From positions 1,061,838-1,125,837 of the forward strand of contig NW_019091362.1 of assembly GCF_001949145.1 (NCBI RefSeq): a stretch of DNA of 64,000 bases, written 5' to 3'. Every line of letters begins with the position of its first letter. Position 1 is the first letter of the stretch. Origin of the DNA: Acanthaster planci (Eukaryota). A program made the position numbers and the translations under genes. Under the pieces are notes generated by a model. It worked only from the letters and a program-made list of their open reading frames with translations. It did no database searches and was not told the origin of the DNA. Positions 1-14,100 of the stretch are shown in pieces.

Positions 1-902
1 GGGCCCTGATTGACATCTCCTTGGGACCATTGTGTCAGATTACTTTCATGATAGCTCTGCCCAAATTTTGGAGCTTTTCTTTTGGAAAGGAAGAGGGAAT
101 GGCATAAGGAGTGGTGCCCTTGCTGGACTTGGATTAAATGACTAATTTAAATTATTAATTAAATGACTATAATGACTACATGTAAATGTCATCACATTTG
201 TCAAATATTTTAAAAAATTTGTCACAAAAACTTACTTTTGTTACATCAGAATTCAGCAACTTGTACATGTACTGTACTAGGATTCATTCATTTGGAACTT
301 GAACACAGGGAATTGATCCCTTTCACTTTTTATCAGTTTGCTGCTGATGTGGTTTGCTTTCCTCCCTTTAAAAAACCCACAACCACCCCAACCCCACACC
401 CCACTCCACCCTCACCCGGAGGAAAAAGTCAGGGGGGGGGGCTGCCATGACCACACTTCATTTGACTTGGAAAAGTCTTAAAGGATTTTGTGTTCACGTT
501 AAATGTTTTTTCATGCAAAATGTTACTAATTGGTTTATTTGTACCAAACGTAAAAATAAGAGCATGCTTATGACTTTGTTTTACACGTGTTGGGCTGTAT
601 TTGGGAAAAAAAAAAAACAAACCCTCAAAAAGAAAGTCCTAATTTAACTTGATTCAGTGGAATTGTTTTGTTGCATGTCTCGTGAACCAGGACTTACTAG
701 TAGGTACATGTGTAATTCCAGGTTAATGGTCAAGCATCAATTAATTCAACACCCATTGAGCATCCTTCTGTTTTTCCTGACAGACTCATCAAGTACAGTA
801 CCAGCAGGATTTTTTAAAGTTAGTCAAATACCCGCATACTTTTCAGTGAAGATCCAACTAGCCTCGCTCAGCAGTCAAGCATGCCCAGTGGTCAAGCATG
901 AC

Positions 903-917
903 TGACCTGACTGACCT
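903..917 (-). promoter_or_regulatory. Perfect DR3 nuclear-receptor element (AGGTCA-gtc-AGGTCA)
   Basis: tgacct gac tgacct on +; function not demonstrated. Confidence 0.3.
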
Positions 918-1440
918 TTTCATCTCAGGACTTGTCTGCATTCTATGCAAATGGAGCCAGGTGTTACGTAATCCCGTTGATGTCATGGGCAGCTGTATTA
1001 TGATTCACAGTCAGCCCGCAGTGTGTGTGTATGAATATCTTTATTGCATGATGGTACTTACAACACCCAGTAACGTTTTTTCATCAATAGAAAAAAAAAG
1101 AGAGCATATTCAGTGGAGCGACAATTGGTGCATGGCGTAGCTTATCTGGTGCTAGATAACAGGGCCTGCAAAGGGTACTGCTGTTGAGCAAGATTCTATC
1201 CGTCGCAGTTGTGTCTTTGTTGTCAGCAACTCGGAATCTCTTGCCATTCGTGTGTTTTCATGGTGCAGTGAACATTTGCTTCAGAGTTGCCTTGTGATGT
1301 ATATTTTTGTATGCACAACCATTTTGCTTCATCACTGACGTGTAGAAAATATGTGACAGATTACAAAAAGATCATGATTGTGTCTGTTTCCTTTGATCAG
1401 AAATTAAGTAATTGTAATCATTGTTGTTTTTTTCTTGCAG

Positions 1441-1500
1441 GTTCTGAAAAGTTCTTTGTTTGAACTGTTCACTGGTAGAGCACATACATACATGTAGTTG
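1441..1500 (+). other. Probable non-coding 5'UTR exon (60 bp), likely of the RAR gene
   Basis: Strong acceptor ttgttgtttttttcttgcag ends at 1440 and consensus donor gtaagt starts at 1501. The frame compatible with downstream phase-1 exons contains a TGA stop, so it is likely UTR. Assignment to RAR is inferred from strand and position. Confidence 0.5.
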
Positions 1501-4100
1501 GTAAGTCTCGCGATGTTTTCAATTTGAAAGGGTTCCGTGGAATTTTAATGTTTCTTTAAACCCTTTAAAATTAGGTATTGATTTAAAATAAAATGGTTTG
1601 AGTTAGCACTGTCATCTTTATAAAATGTCAGATTTACTTTTTAGTTTGCTTGTAACTGAAAAGATTGATACATGTGGATCAGAAATGACGTGCTTTACTT
1701 GGTGGGTGAAAAAAACCCTGATTGTAATAAACGGGCCTGACTATAGCAACATGCCATCTTTAATTTGCATCATGTGCTTGATGCACCTGTACAGTACAAC
1801 CATATTTGGAATTCGTATCAATACCCAGTGTTGATTACATTGGATGTGTATTTTAGATATAAAGAATATTATGCATGACATATTTGCATGTACTGATATT
1901 TAAATACCGGTACATGAAGTCAGACATCTTTTTGATGGACACACATGCTTTAACAGGTGTAGGCTGCGGGCACATGGCCCAAATTTGATATAACTTGCTA
2001 AAATGTTGGACAACAGTAAGTACTCATTACTACATGTGGGGATAGCCTCTCAAGAGGGAATACCTTACAGTTCAAAAATAGTGAGAGGCTCTCCACAGAA
2101 CTTAACGTAAAGTGTGTTTTCAGAACCTCGACTTAAAACCTTGATTGTGCCTTTCAGCTTTGGTTTTGGTGTCAATTGCATGACATTAAGCTGATCGCTT
2201 GAAGGGTGTTTCTCGGCTGACAGCTTCCATATGTAGAAAGTACTCTAAGTCCATTTCCTGCAGCAGAATGATGCCAAACTTTGGGATTTTTCATTTGGTT
2301 AAAAAAAAAATTGCCAAAGAAATTGCTTCTTCATAGCATCTGGCCTGAAAGTCAGTAGAGTGTCAGTTGAAATTGAGTACATTGACATGCTCAGTAATAA
2401 GGTGAAGGACCTTTAGGAAGTCAAACACTGCATTGGAAGTTACATATAGTCCCCGCGACCCTAACTTTCCAAATATTTCCTGTCAAAGAGACAGGACTGT
2501 TTGCAAACTGCATCTGACGAAGAATTTGAAACTGACCTTTCTCTGTTCCCCTGGCTTTTGCACTACTGTGTACCCCTTGAGAAAACCTTGCCGCTCCATT
2601 TATTGTGACAAGTTTTGCACATTGTGGACTTGTACTTTAAATTCTTATGCAAATTAATTTTTTTCGAGTTTTTGTGAGTATTGATCCTACATTTTAATCG
2701 CACACTTTCATGGAATATCCTTCATTTTTCTCCTATCCACGTAGTGTGCAAACACTGTTCTCAGAGTTGGTATGGTCCCAATGACTTTTACACAAATACA
2801 TGTAGGTTTGTGCATACATCCATTCACAGTGTCAGCTCTCTGAGGCAAGGTGTCTTTCATTGTCCGAGGTACATGTATGTGTCCCAGAGGGCTGGCAATA
2901 TGAGGAAATTGGGAATCAGACATTGACACCAACATCGACCATTTACATGTGAACTGATTCATTGATCGGCATAAAAACCGGATAGGAAAACCATAGAAGT
3001 AGCACGGACTAAATGCCACCAACCACAATTCATGTCTGGCTGTACAACTCATGTCTCATTTCTCCTCAAGAGTGTTTTTAGTAAATGACACACGAGAAGT
3101 TTTGTTCTTGTTTTCACAGAAAAGGCATGGTTTACCCAGTTGTAATTTCCGTACGTGATATTGAGTATTGTGGCTTCATGATGTTTTCTAGGTACATGTA
3201 CATCTGACATCCACAAAAATTTGTGGCTCTGTTGGCATTTGAAATTAAATCAAGAATACTAATCATCTCAAGGGTGAGTACATGTGAGTATAATCCCTGG
3301 TGGACCGTTTGGAGGTTATGACTACAAGGGTTGTGCTGGTGTCAAATTTACAGTCTTGATACATTGGCACAAATAATGCTCATGGTATTTGAAAATTGCC
3401 ATACAACACAAAAATTACAACCTGCAAAATTTTCGAGGGTTTGCATTCTGCAATCTGTACATGGCTATATTACAGTATTCATTTCGTATCGATACCCCAT
3501 CTCACTAGATCAGGTCGCACAGAATTGTTGTTTGTCCAGTGCTGTCGGGACAACCCATGATTCAAATCTTTCAAGATGGCAGTTATGGGGGGGGAACATG
3601 CAAGTACAGGGGTAACTGATGCAATCAAAGCATTACGTGAGCCTTTTGACTTTGAGTCATAGTGGAGAATTCAAAATATCAGTTTGGGAAAGTTAAACTG
3701 TTAGGCTATGCAACAGTCACAGAGACCAGGTGATAACATTGCTCAAAATGCCAAGGTGCCCAGTCGTCATGCACTGGTATACGTTTCACTGTACGTCTTT
3801 ACATACACCATGTACATGTAGTCTGGATGTAAGTCTGAAAGGAATATTACTGTGATAAGACTGCAGACCACTATGCAGACTCTTGCATCCTACAGCAAGC
3901 CGAGGCAGAAATTTGTGCATGTTCAGTTCTTGCTGTCTAGCCTGAGTTTAGCCTGAGTCTAAATGATCACAGTGTGCACATGTACTAGTACATGTAACTC
4001 TGTCATGTGTTCATGAAAATCGGTTGAGAATGTGCTTCCATGTTGCGAAGTGTACGCATATACTTCTATGGCATATGCAACACAGCATGGATGTTGTATC

Positions 4101-4662
4101 AACCACTTCGTACCGGACCCATTTATCCATGTTGATTCTGTTGGGCCGGGTCAGTTTTTATTTTTTTCTGTTTTCAGAATTCTTTAAAAATTCATAACTT
4201 CATTTACTGGATGCTTACACCCACACGAATGACTGTCTGGTGGCTATTCTAATCTGACAGACACATCTATTGATGCCCGAGTATTTCAGCCAGGCCTGCC
4301 ACCTTGTAAAAAGAGTCCAGATTGTGCGGCATGTGTAATTTTCTTTTGTTCCCGAAACCGGCACAGTGCGCTGCTGACGTCAATAGGGGCCAGATTAGCG
4401 TGCGGAGTGCTGGAGCGCTTGTCCCTGGTGATAATCCGCTCCTGATGAATTCCACAAACAGTGGTATAATTTTTCAAAACAATGACAGATTTCCTCTGCT
4501 ATTGGCAACTGAAAAGAGTTCGAAATTCCCAGCTGCTCGGTCTTTTGTTCCGAGTACATTTTTTTGTAACAAGGTCCAGCTCTTTTGTCCGATTTAGGGG
4601 AACCCCGGCAATACGTACAGGGCCAACGTCTCCGAAACTGGGCTCCCCGGCAGCAAGTGGTT
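4101..4662. mobile_element. Degraded MITE-like element, family A
   Basis: Ends aaccactt...ccgg and ccgg...aagtggtt are imperfect inverted repeats. The last 160 bp or so recur, diverged, at 18170-18327. Confidence 0.55.
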
Positions 4663-5199
4663 ACGTTGGCTTGTGTAGTGGCAACTTGTAGAGATGGACA
4701 AGTGTACACGTACCATATACATACAGTTAAACACACATCTCTTTTGGGTGGCGTACCATTTGTAAGTGTATCACCCTTGCTTGTTATGCTATATTGTACA
4801 AATTTGCATTTAAGGTTTTTTATACTGATGTTTTAAAACCTTTTCTTTTATTTTGAGTCTCTTTCATTATGTTACTCGTAGCTACACTCCGAAGGCTAAG
4901 GTGTTTAATTGGGCATTTGCGGGTGTTTGGTGGGTGGCTGTTCTTTTAGGGGTATTGGGTCCTTTTTAGCTTTTTATTGCATAATTTTTAGGCAATTTTA
5001 TTTCAGTCTTACGGTCATAGTATTTGCGTGGTTTATTTATGTACAGCCTGTTGAGATCTGTTTCATGGTGTAATGTAACATTAAATAGTACTATTATTTT
5101 ATGTATGCATTCATGAAAGTAGAGAACAGTCATTCAGAACCTGCATTCTTACTGATGTATGCTGCATGTTATTTAAGGTTTTCTATTTAAGCCACGGTG

Positions 5200-5600
5200 C
5201 TGTGTTGTAAACCTCACCTCCCTTTTGTGTTAGGGCCAATGAGATGGCATCAAGTTACCCAGTGGGTGGGTGTCTGTGTTTACATTGTGCAAGGGAGTGA
5301 TTTCCTACTGGCCTAGGGGGTCCTTGGACTTAGCTGGCCTTGAAATGCCATCCTTGCATGGCCCGGCTGTGTGGGTATTTGTACACACCCAACTGTGTGG
5401 GTATTTATACACATGATGACAGAGCGGTAAAGGTCATCCATTGTAGGTTGAGCTGTGGTAGAGAGAGGCTCGCGCGTGTGTGTGTCTGCCCGCAGATTGA
5501 GGGCAGTCAGTAGACTCACCGGCCAGACTGCATTCATCGATCCACCAGACGAACTGGGCATGCACAGATGCTGGCAACAGCGCCACTCGCACTCGGCAAC
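5200..5600 (+). promoter_or_regulatory. Possible alternative promoter upstream of the exon ending at 6256
   Basis: Locally GC-richer; CCAAT box (ggccaatgag, about 5233) and an AGGTCA half-site at 5431; lies upstream of the orphan donor at 6257. Confidence 0.25.
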
Positions 5601-6231
5601 ACTCTGCCATTCATCTTGGGTATACTCCTGCAGTTTGTGACCCAGGCCACATGTACAGTTTGTACATAGTCCTGTGTCGTGTGTGTGTGTTTCAGTGCAG
5701 TATTCCTTTCCCTTTTAGTTTTAGTCTAGGGAAGGACTAATCAGTTGTGTGATTCCAGTAAAATGGTCTGATTTTCTAGGATTACTTTCCATGACTTTGT
5801 GCTGCTGTGTGAAGCCTCCTGAATTTGAAACCAACCCGGCTGAGATGTACGTGTACGTGTATGGCTGTGTAGTTCTCTTCCAACGGCCTGCTGCTTGACC
5901 CTATGACTCTTGCCCTCAACAAAGCTTGTCCACGCTGCTAGTCAGTTTGCACGTCAGCCAAGCTCAAGCTTTTTTCCATCTCCCATGTTGGATTTATGCG
6001 ATTTTTGGCGTCAAGATCTCCATATGTGTTTCACCAGTCAGAACCCCCAACTTGGATAACCTCTTTCGGAAATTGGCTGACCAGTTACTGTCAAAGTTTG
6101 GTAGGTGTATTCTGTCTCGGTTGGGAATCTCTTACTGTACCTCCTGGCTTGGTCGTGAACATCTCCCCAGTTGGCATCTCAAGCTTACCCTTCAAGTTTG
6201 TCTTCCTGCTTGTCTTCTCATATTCGATCAG

Positions 6232-6256
6232 ATGCCTCTAAAGATGCCTGAAGCGC
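6232..6256 (+). CDS. RAR: Putative first coding segment of an RAR isoform (MPLKMPEA + 1 nt)
   Basis: ATG at 6232 and consensus donor gtaagt at 6257 in phase 1. This matches the phase-1 acceptors at both 24550 and 32399. No homology support. Confidence 0.4.
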
Positions 6257-7733
6257 GTAAGTTTCATCATGTTGTTTCTTCTTTTTAGTGAGAAATCAAT
6301 TACTCAGAATTTAGAAATGTTTCTGATTTTTAAAGAAGGAAGAAGAAATGTGTGAGGTACATGTACATGTACTGTACTTCTCCCCAACTTTGGAGTGATC
6401 AGATATTGAAGTACTGGTACATCTTCAAAGCACCTTTAACTTCAGATTTGGACTGGTTGATACTTTATTTGTAAATTTGGAAGTACAGAAATTTTTAATG
6501 TGTCTCTGAGATGAGGGTAAAAAAATTTTGAGAGTTAAAAATTCAAAATGAATTGCAAAAGAACTTTTTGTATTAAATGATAGACACAATCATTGAGGAA
6601 GTTGTAGCCCATGTGATGATGTGAGGCCAATCAAAACCTTTGATCAGAAACCAGGGTCTGTAGATACGAAACACTCTAGGTCATGCACAGGTACATTTAC
6701 GTGTATCTTGTGGATGGGGTTGTACCCTAACTTGAACCCCCCAATAAGAATGATGGTGGAACAACCAGCCCTTGCCAGCTGAGGTTGGTTAGCCTCGAAA
6801 GGTTAACAGTCTCATAAGGGCACCCTTTTTATATGATTCTCGTATCTTTGTACAATTAAGGGAGGGTCAGTTGGTTGGTCAAAAAAAAAAATCCATGCTG
6901 CTGCCATATAGATGAATGAATAAACCAGGCAAAGTACACTGTGCACACTTGGTTTTATATTGAATACCATCAGTGTCTTTTTTTCTAGCTGAGTACAGAG
7001 ATATTTTTATTTTTACATAACAAAATACCTCATTGGAGTCAGTGTCAAGACGGCGTATGGTAATCATGTGTCCAGTATGTACCATATGTACAGTACACAG
7101 TGCCTTTATATTTCGATTTTTCCTATGGTGTTCCCTATATGTAGTACATTGGATGCGGTACGCTACTGCTTGGTCTGGTAATGATGCCGTACCTTGGATT
7201 TGAACTGTTGATGCATTGATAGGGGAAATCGTATTGTCCATGTATATTTTCAGGCTTTTTTTGGGTACTGGTCATCACGATGTACTGTTTTTTAGTAGGC
7301 AAGCTCCTCTCAGCAGGGTCAGTAGAAAACAGTTTGCTTTTCTTGAGGTTGGGAGCCAACCATAGGGTCAGTCGGAATTTTAAAAGGGTGCCCTTATGGC
7401 AAGCTTATCCCCAGTGGTTATGTGTGTGGAAGGCCAGTTCATTCCCCTGAAGTGTAATTGTGGTCTGAATAAAATTTGGTCAAAATCAAGCAGCTGTTTC
7501 AATCAGTGACGCTGGTAGCGACAATTTTTCTTTTCTGAAATGAATCAGGAAGGGACATTCAATTCATTAGGATGTACATGTACGCTGTTGATTGAATTAT
7601 TGGTTGGGGAGACAGAAATTTGGATATTTGGTCTTGCTCTCTGCCAGTGAAATTTCCAATAAAAAGCACTGTATACTTACTGCTGTCCGAACGCATATAT
7701 GAGAAAATTGATGAGCTTGCTCAGGTGAGACTC

Positions 7734-7809
7734 TGACCTGTGACCTCCTGCTTTCGTGTGCCAGATTTAGACTTCTGAACCACTTGACCCTTAAGCTTTC
7801 AGGGGGTCA
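7734..7809 (-). promoter_or_regulatory. Cluster of five perfect RGKTCA half-sites: DR1, DR3 and an opposed half-site
   Basis: tgacct g tgacct (7734-7746), tgaacc act tgaccc (7776-7790), gggtca (7804-7809). Confidence 0.5.
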
Positions 7810-8941
7810 GTTGGTTTGTTTGAAACTTTATATTTAAGCAGTTGGCCCAGAAATCATTGACTGTTTCAGTTTGATCTTTTTATTTTCTGAAGTGTAAATT
7901 TGTGTATGTCAACCTTGTGACAAAGTACATGTATGCCAGTGAGTTCACCTGTTTGCCCTTTGTGGGGATACTTTGGTCTAACTGTACTTTTGTCATTGAT
8001 ACTGTACTTAGTATGATGCAAACTTCCATAATTAGTGCTACAAAAAGCTCAGAAGAGATGCTAGCTGTTGACATGGAGTTTGCAAAGGGGCAAGGAGGGA
8101 TAATGGATCGCTTACAAATTTGTTTCCAATTAACCTGTTTCCATCCCTAAGTTCAGGTTAATTATTCACGTGGGCCAGTGCATTGCCACCTCACCACTGG
8201 CCTTTGGAACCTTTGCAATGCAGACAGCACGTGCACTCTGGTCAGGCGCTCTGTTTGTTTGCCATGCATGCTGTCAGACCTATCATGTAAAAATGCACAT
8301 TTTAAATACATTTTTTGTACTGAGAATGACTAAATGCATGAAAATTGTGTATCCTGTATTTATAAAAAAGAATTTCCCACAGCTTTTGTCGACAATAGTA
8401 GGACGTGTCAGTAGGCAGAAAGTTACAAAAAGATTTATTGTTCAGTTAAGACCGGTACATGCATTTACCCAGCTGCTTAGCTTGTCAGTTTTTGCTTGGG
8501 GAGGGGGGAGATTGTTACCAAAATTAATTTGTGTCTAAAGAAAGACCTACAGTGATTGTATTCCAACATACATGTATGAAAAATGCACCCAAGGGACAAA
8601 TTTCTTAATTGCATTTCTTCATTTTGGCAGACAATGCAACATTGCTACATGCACATACACATACGTGTAGGTAACAACCTGTTTCTTTCGCAGTATTTCC
8701 TTCAAGCCTGCTCTGCACTGTACTTTGGTGGCTAAATTGATTATCTAAATTTTTAAAAGTGAACAGCCTGCACAAGTCTAGTCAGTTTTACATAAACTAA
8801 TGGGAGAATTCACTATCAAGTTGCATTCCTTTCCAAACACACATTGGGTCGACAAATTTCGCGCACTGTGATTGGCCAACGTGTTGCAAACTCTTGGATG
8901 TGCACTATTGTGAAACACCTGGATTGTGTTCGTGTATGTAT

Positions 8942-9180
8942 GGGTCATTTTATAATTGAAGGGTCCAATTTTTGCGTGTGACCCTGTCACATCTGACATA
9001 TGATTCTGTAAGTTCAGAACATACATGTACATGTATTCTCCAAATTATCAGTACCTGTCAAACAAATAGAAATAGTTTGAAATGAATTTCAATGATATTT
9101 CCATGTCAAATTACACAGGTCAGCTGTAGCATGGACACAAAAATGTCACACTTTTGGACCCCGAATTTATAGAATGATCC
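8942..9180 (+). mobile_element. Diverged family B MITE copy
   Basis: ctgtcacatctgacatatgattctgtaagttcagaaca ... tgtcacacttttggaccccgaatttatagaatgatcc matches the other two copies. Confidence 0.75.
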
Positions 9181-10252
9181 ATATCCTGTTTGATTTGAAG
9201 ATTATCAATGTGGAATGAATTACCTCTTGCCTCCTCCTCAAGCTCTAGTGTAAATGTACAGGGTACATCACCTGCAGGGGCAGCATGGGGATTCTGGCTG
9301 GACAGGGCCGGGCTTTAAATTGCATGGGGAGAAAACGAGAGCAAACTTCCTGTCGACCTTCCCCTCACCAGCTGTAAAGGTTGCACTGACCTACATGTAT
9401 GTGTACCGTTTGCCTCTCCCCTCCAAAGAGTTAATTGACGTCAGAACGTGTATGCTACAATGTGGTCTCTTGGATAATTGATCAGCGACCTTCTGGTGAC
9501 ATCTTAGGCTTGCATACGTAAATGTGCAGAGAAAGTGAGATGGTTGAATGTTGTCCCGTGGTAGCATATTGGACATTTATGCCAGGAGGACCAGGAAGTG
9601 GTTGATGTCCTTTGGCCAGCAGTTCCGTAATGCCCATGACGTGCTCCTTCAAGAATATTCTTCAGAATGAACACTCATGCGTCAGTGTGTTTTTGCATGA
9701 ATTACCCACAAGAATGGAGTGTATTCTGTATGAATTTGTGATGCATAAACGTAGGTACATGTACATTGTACCTGTGCAGTGTAGGATAACGTACTTGTAC
9801 CGGGGTACCTTTTACGGTATATACCGTACATACACCTGTATTGTACAATATATCGTCATGCACATTTACATACAATGCTCATTTTAAACAATGATGTATC
9901 ATACCGGTGTGTAAAGATGGACAGTGCACATGTACATGTATGTGTACATTTGTATACCGGTATATTCCTTAAAATGTGTATGGACACAACTAATTGAGTT
10001 TCCTTGAGGGTATTTGCACGCACACTCTTGCCAAATTAGGCAGAAAATGTACGTGTGCTGGTACAAGTTCATTTAGACAAGTTGTTCATTTAAAGGGGAA
10101 ATGCATGCAGCTGTGGTTGTACATTAAAAATGAATTGATGGAATTTTCATACAAAGCTGCTGAAATTTGGGCATATTTTCTGAAGTAAAAGTGGAAATTA
10201 CTCTTCGGGGGCAACTGTTGAATGTAATGGTACACATGTAGGTATTCATGTT

Positions 10253-10760
10253 ATACATGTACAGGCACCAGTAAGTTCACCACTACATGTACATGTACAG
10301 GCACCAGTAAGTACACCACTATACGTACATGTACAGTGTACATGTACATGTACAGGCACCAGTAAGTATACCATTACATGTACATATACAGGCACCAGTA
10401 AGTACACCACTACATGTACATGTACAGGCACCAGTAAGTACACCACTATACGTACATGTACAGTGTACATGTACATGTACATGTACAGGCACCAGTAAGT
10501 ATACCATTACATGTACATGTACAGGCACCAGTAAGTACACCACTATACGTACATGTACAGTGTACATGTACATGTACATGTACAGGCACCAGTAAGTACA
10601 CCACTATACGTACATGTACAGTGTACATGTACATGTACATGTACAGGCACCAGTAAGTATACCATTACATGTACATGTACAGGCACCAGTGAGTATACCA
10701 TTACATGTACATGTACATGTACAGGCACCAGTAAGTACACCACTAGACGTACATGTACAT
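10253..10760. repeat. Minisatellite: caggcaccagtaagtacaccac core with variable (tacatg)n, running into a gap
   Basis: About a dozen visible units; it explains the HVHV/CTCT/MYMY ORFs. Confidence 0.95.
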
Positions 10761-11127
10761 NNNNNNNNNNNNNNNNNNNNNNNNNNNNNNNNNNNNNNNN
10801 NNNNNNNNNNNNNNNNNNNNNNNNNNNNNNNNNNNNNNNNNNNNNNNNNNNNNNNNNNNNNNNNNNNNNNNNNNNNNNNNNNNNNNNNNNNNNNNNNNNN
10901 NNNNNNNNNNNNNNNNNNNNNNNNNNNNNNNNNNNNNNNNNNNNNNNNNNNNNNNNNNNNNNNNNNNNNNNNNNNNNNNNNNNNNNNNNNNNNNNNNNNN
11001 NNNNNNNNNNNNNNNNNNNNNNNNNNNNNNNNNNNNNNNNNNNNNNNNNNNNNNNNNNNNNNNNNNNNNNNNNNNNNNNNNNNNNNNNNNNNNNNNNNNN
11101 NNNNNNNNNNNNNNNNNNNNNNNNNNN
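10761..11127. other. Assembly gap (other gaps at 14156-14490, 30399-30466 and 46774-47112)
   Basis: Runs of N. Confidence 0.99.
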
Positions 11128-14100
11128 TCATAAGTATATTCTATTCATACCCTTTACTTTTTGATAGTCTTTTTAAGGATTGTCCAGTTATACTACTATA
11201 TATTATACCTGTACATGTGGGCCTAATATTGCCTGCTTGATAACAATGTGGTACATGTGCCTGTTCAGTACATCTGTCTTTTCTAGAATGTCTGCATTTA
11301 TTTCTGTGCGATAATCCAAATTGGAATCAGCCAGCTAGTACACTGTATGTAGTGCTTGCCTGAAGTACGTGTTTTGTGTCTGCATTCATTTCAGACTGTG
11401 TGAAATTCCAAAGTATAGCATTTCTCATTCTCAGAAATAGGTGAAGCAGTATGGGACCAAACAAACATAAATGGGCCAATGATACAGGCGGCTTGACAAC
11501 CTAGCAATGCTAATATTAGGAAATAATCCCTCCTTGGCCCTACACAAACCGATCCCTGCCTTCCCACGGCACGACCCATTCATCATTCCATTTGGTTGAC
11601 CAGTCTTGCTTGTAGGAAGTTAAAACTCCCCCCCCCCTTAGTCCTTCCACTAGACACTTAACAAAAAAAAAGGGTTCCCAGCTCTGTTCAATTCAGGTCA
11701 TGCACCCATATCAAGTGTTTGGCTTGGTGGGGCCCTTGTCCAATAAAACCAACCAATCAGAACAGAGCAGCTTATGACACCATTTTCAACCAGATTTACA
11801 TACATGTTTGTACATGTACAGCATGTGTTCTACATTTAACTGCTCAGTAGACTTTTTTTCTGAGTGTGAAGTGGATATAGTCTGAAAGCTTGGTTAACTA
11901 TACAGCCGGCTGGCCGCATCTCTGTCAGAGATTAGGAGTAGCATTAAAAACTATTTGCTGCAAAATGCAGTATTATCCAGGCTGAAGGTATTAAACTTGT
12001 AAAGTAATGAATGCTAACTTGAATTCGGTGTATAGAAGTGTTCAAAGCAGGATTTACCAGTCCCCTGGTTGCACTTGAAATGATTTAGATTGTAAGTGTG
12101 CCTTTGAAATCATAAAAAGTCATATTTGAGCAGACATGTACTGGCACATGTACATGTAAGTTTGGAAAACTACAGTACATGTACATGCATTGTTTCAACT
12201 GTGGCAGGTTTTTGTGTGGAGTGTCCCTTGACAGAAAATCTGAATATGTACATGCATATGTATCTGCGAGGCATCCGAAAGGATGCGTAGTTGCCAGTAC
12301 TGATTGTATAATTCCAGCACTTCCACTTCCATCCAGAAACACAAATGGGCAAATTTATCACCAGGTGATACCCCCCGAGCTAGTTATGCCACTGCTTTGT
12401 ACGCTGCTGTCAAGATAATTTTCTTTCATCCAATGGTACAAGTATTCTTCTTGTTCCCAGACTTATCATTGCAGTGGGTTGAAGGTCAAAAGTACATGAT
12501 AAATTACTCGGTCTGTGTGGTGTAAGTTATTTCAATCTCATGTCACTTTTTGACTTAACCCCAACCCTACATAATACTAAAAAACCCTGTTTGCCAACTG
12601 ATAAACAAAAATATGACTTCATCAGTTGAAACTCACATGCACCAGCATAATTTGTCACGGAAACGGCGAAAAGCCGCAGACAACACCGGTAACTTTTGTG
12701 CAGTCACATATTGAAAGAATGTCATGTCGGTGTCCATGCTTGCCTATTGGAAATATAACATGAACATTCAGTTGCCAGCATTTTTTCCAGGGGGTAGGGG
12801 GTAGGGGAAGGGTGGAGAGGAGACAGAGTAGTCATCAGCAACAAACTGATAAACCATTAACATTGGAAGGGGTTTTTTTTTGGGGGGGGAGGAGTATGAT
12901 AAGCGTCTTCGTCCCTCCTCCCTCCCACGATACCCTTGATTACACCTACTAGTACTGTACATGTACATGTTCTGTTACATGTATGCTGTAAGCTCACATG
13001 TACAGTACATATACACATTATATGTACATATACTGAATCACAGATACATGTACATACATGTATGTACCGGGTACAGTAGCATTCTACGTCACTGGTACAT
13101 GTTTCAGTACTTGCATGTGTCTAGTCGTTCATGAATTTTGTGAAAAACTGCGAAGTGCACACGTGTACGCCCCATTGACGTTGATCTATGGCATATCCAG
13201 ATGTATCAGAGCATGCAAAGTTCTTCACAGAGATTTGAATGTATATTTCCATCTATAATGTGCCGTACCATTTAACATCCTTCAGTCCCCTGTACGCTAC
13301 GTTACAGTGCACAATGTACGTGTACACTGCGGTGAACTCACAAATTTCTTTCCAGGCTTTGCATAAAAGAAGCATTCTCTGTCAACACCAGCTCAGTTTT
13401 GCTAATTTTTGTCTGACCTTCAAGAGGGACTGTGAAAGAGAGAGACAGAAAGAACCCATCGCAATCAGGGAAAGTGCACCGCAGCGGGTCATACAGAGTT
13501 GCAGCGTCTGATAATTTATTCAATGGAATCTAGTCACGTTTCCATAGTTTAGCATTTAGGATTGCCACAAGAGACCTGACTCTTCCAGTACCTCCTTGAA
13601 TGCAGCACTGACACGTGTGCATGTTTCTCATCAACTATTGATAGGTCTGAATGGACAACATTTAATTTTTTTTTTATACTGTGGGACTTGAGGTGTCCTC
13701 GGCTGAGATTCTTCCAGTGTTGTGTCTAAACAGGTTCACTGTTATAATTGTTTGCATTTAGTGACCAGCACTCCAACTGCTGGTTGTTACATGAACTGCA
13801 TTTCCACAAGAAAAATCAATGGAGACCCCTCTACCGGGTAATTTCTGCGCATTTAATTTAAAAACTACTGGCAAATTAACACTTGTTTTGAGCTGTATAA
13901 ACAAACAAAACAAAAACTACAGCAGAACACAAAAACAAAGAAATTTTGAAAAAGGAATTTTCAGACAAGCATAAGTGCTGCCTGCTAGCTATTGGTAGAT
14001 CCTTGAGTACACTTGCCGGTTAACTGAAAGCATTAATTATTCATAATTAAATTTGCCGGGTGAATCTCTCTTTTGTACTTATTTTTCTTAATTCCACAAT

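Noticed and set aside
10246..11240. ORFs with HVHV, CTCT and MYMY repeats; resemblance of the array to a CRISPR locus
   Set aside because: These are translations of a (tacatg)n minisatellite and an N gap. There are no unique spacers and no cas genes, and the context is a eukaryotic intron.
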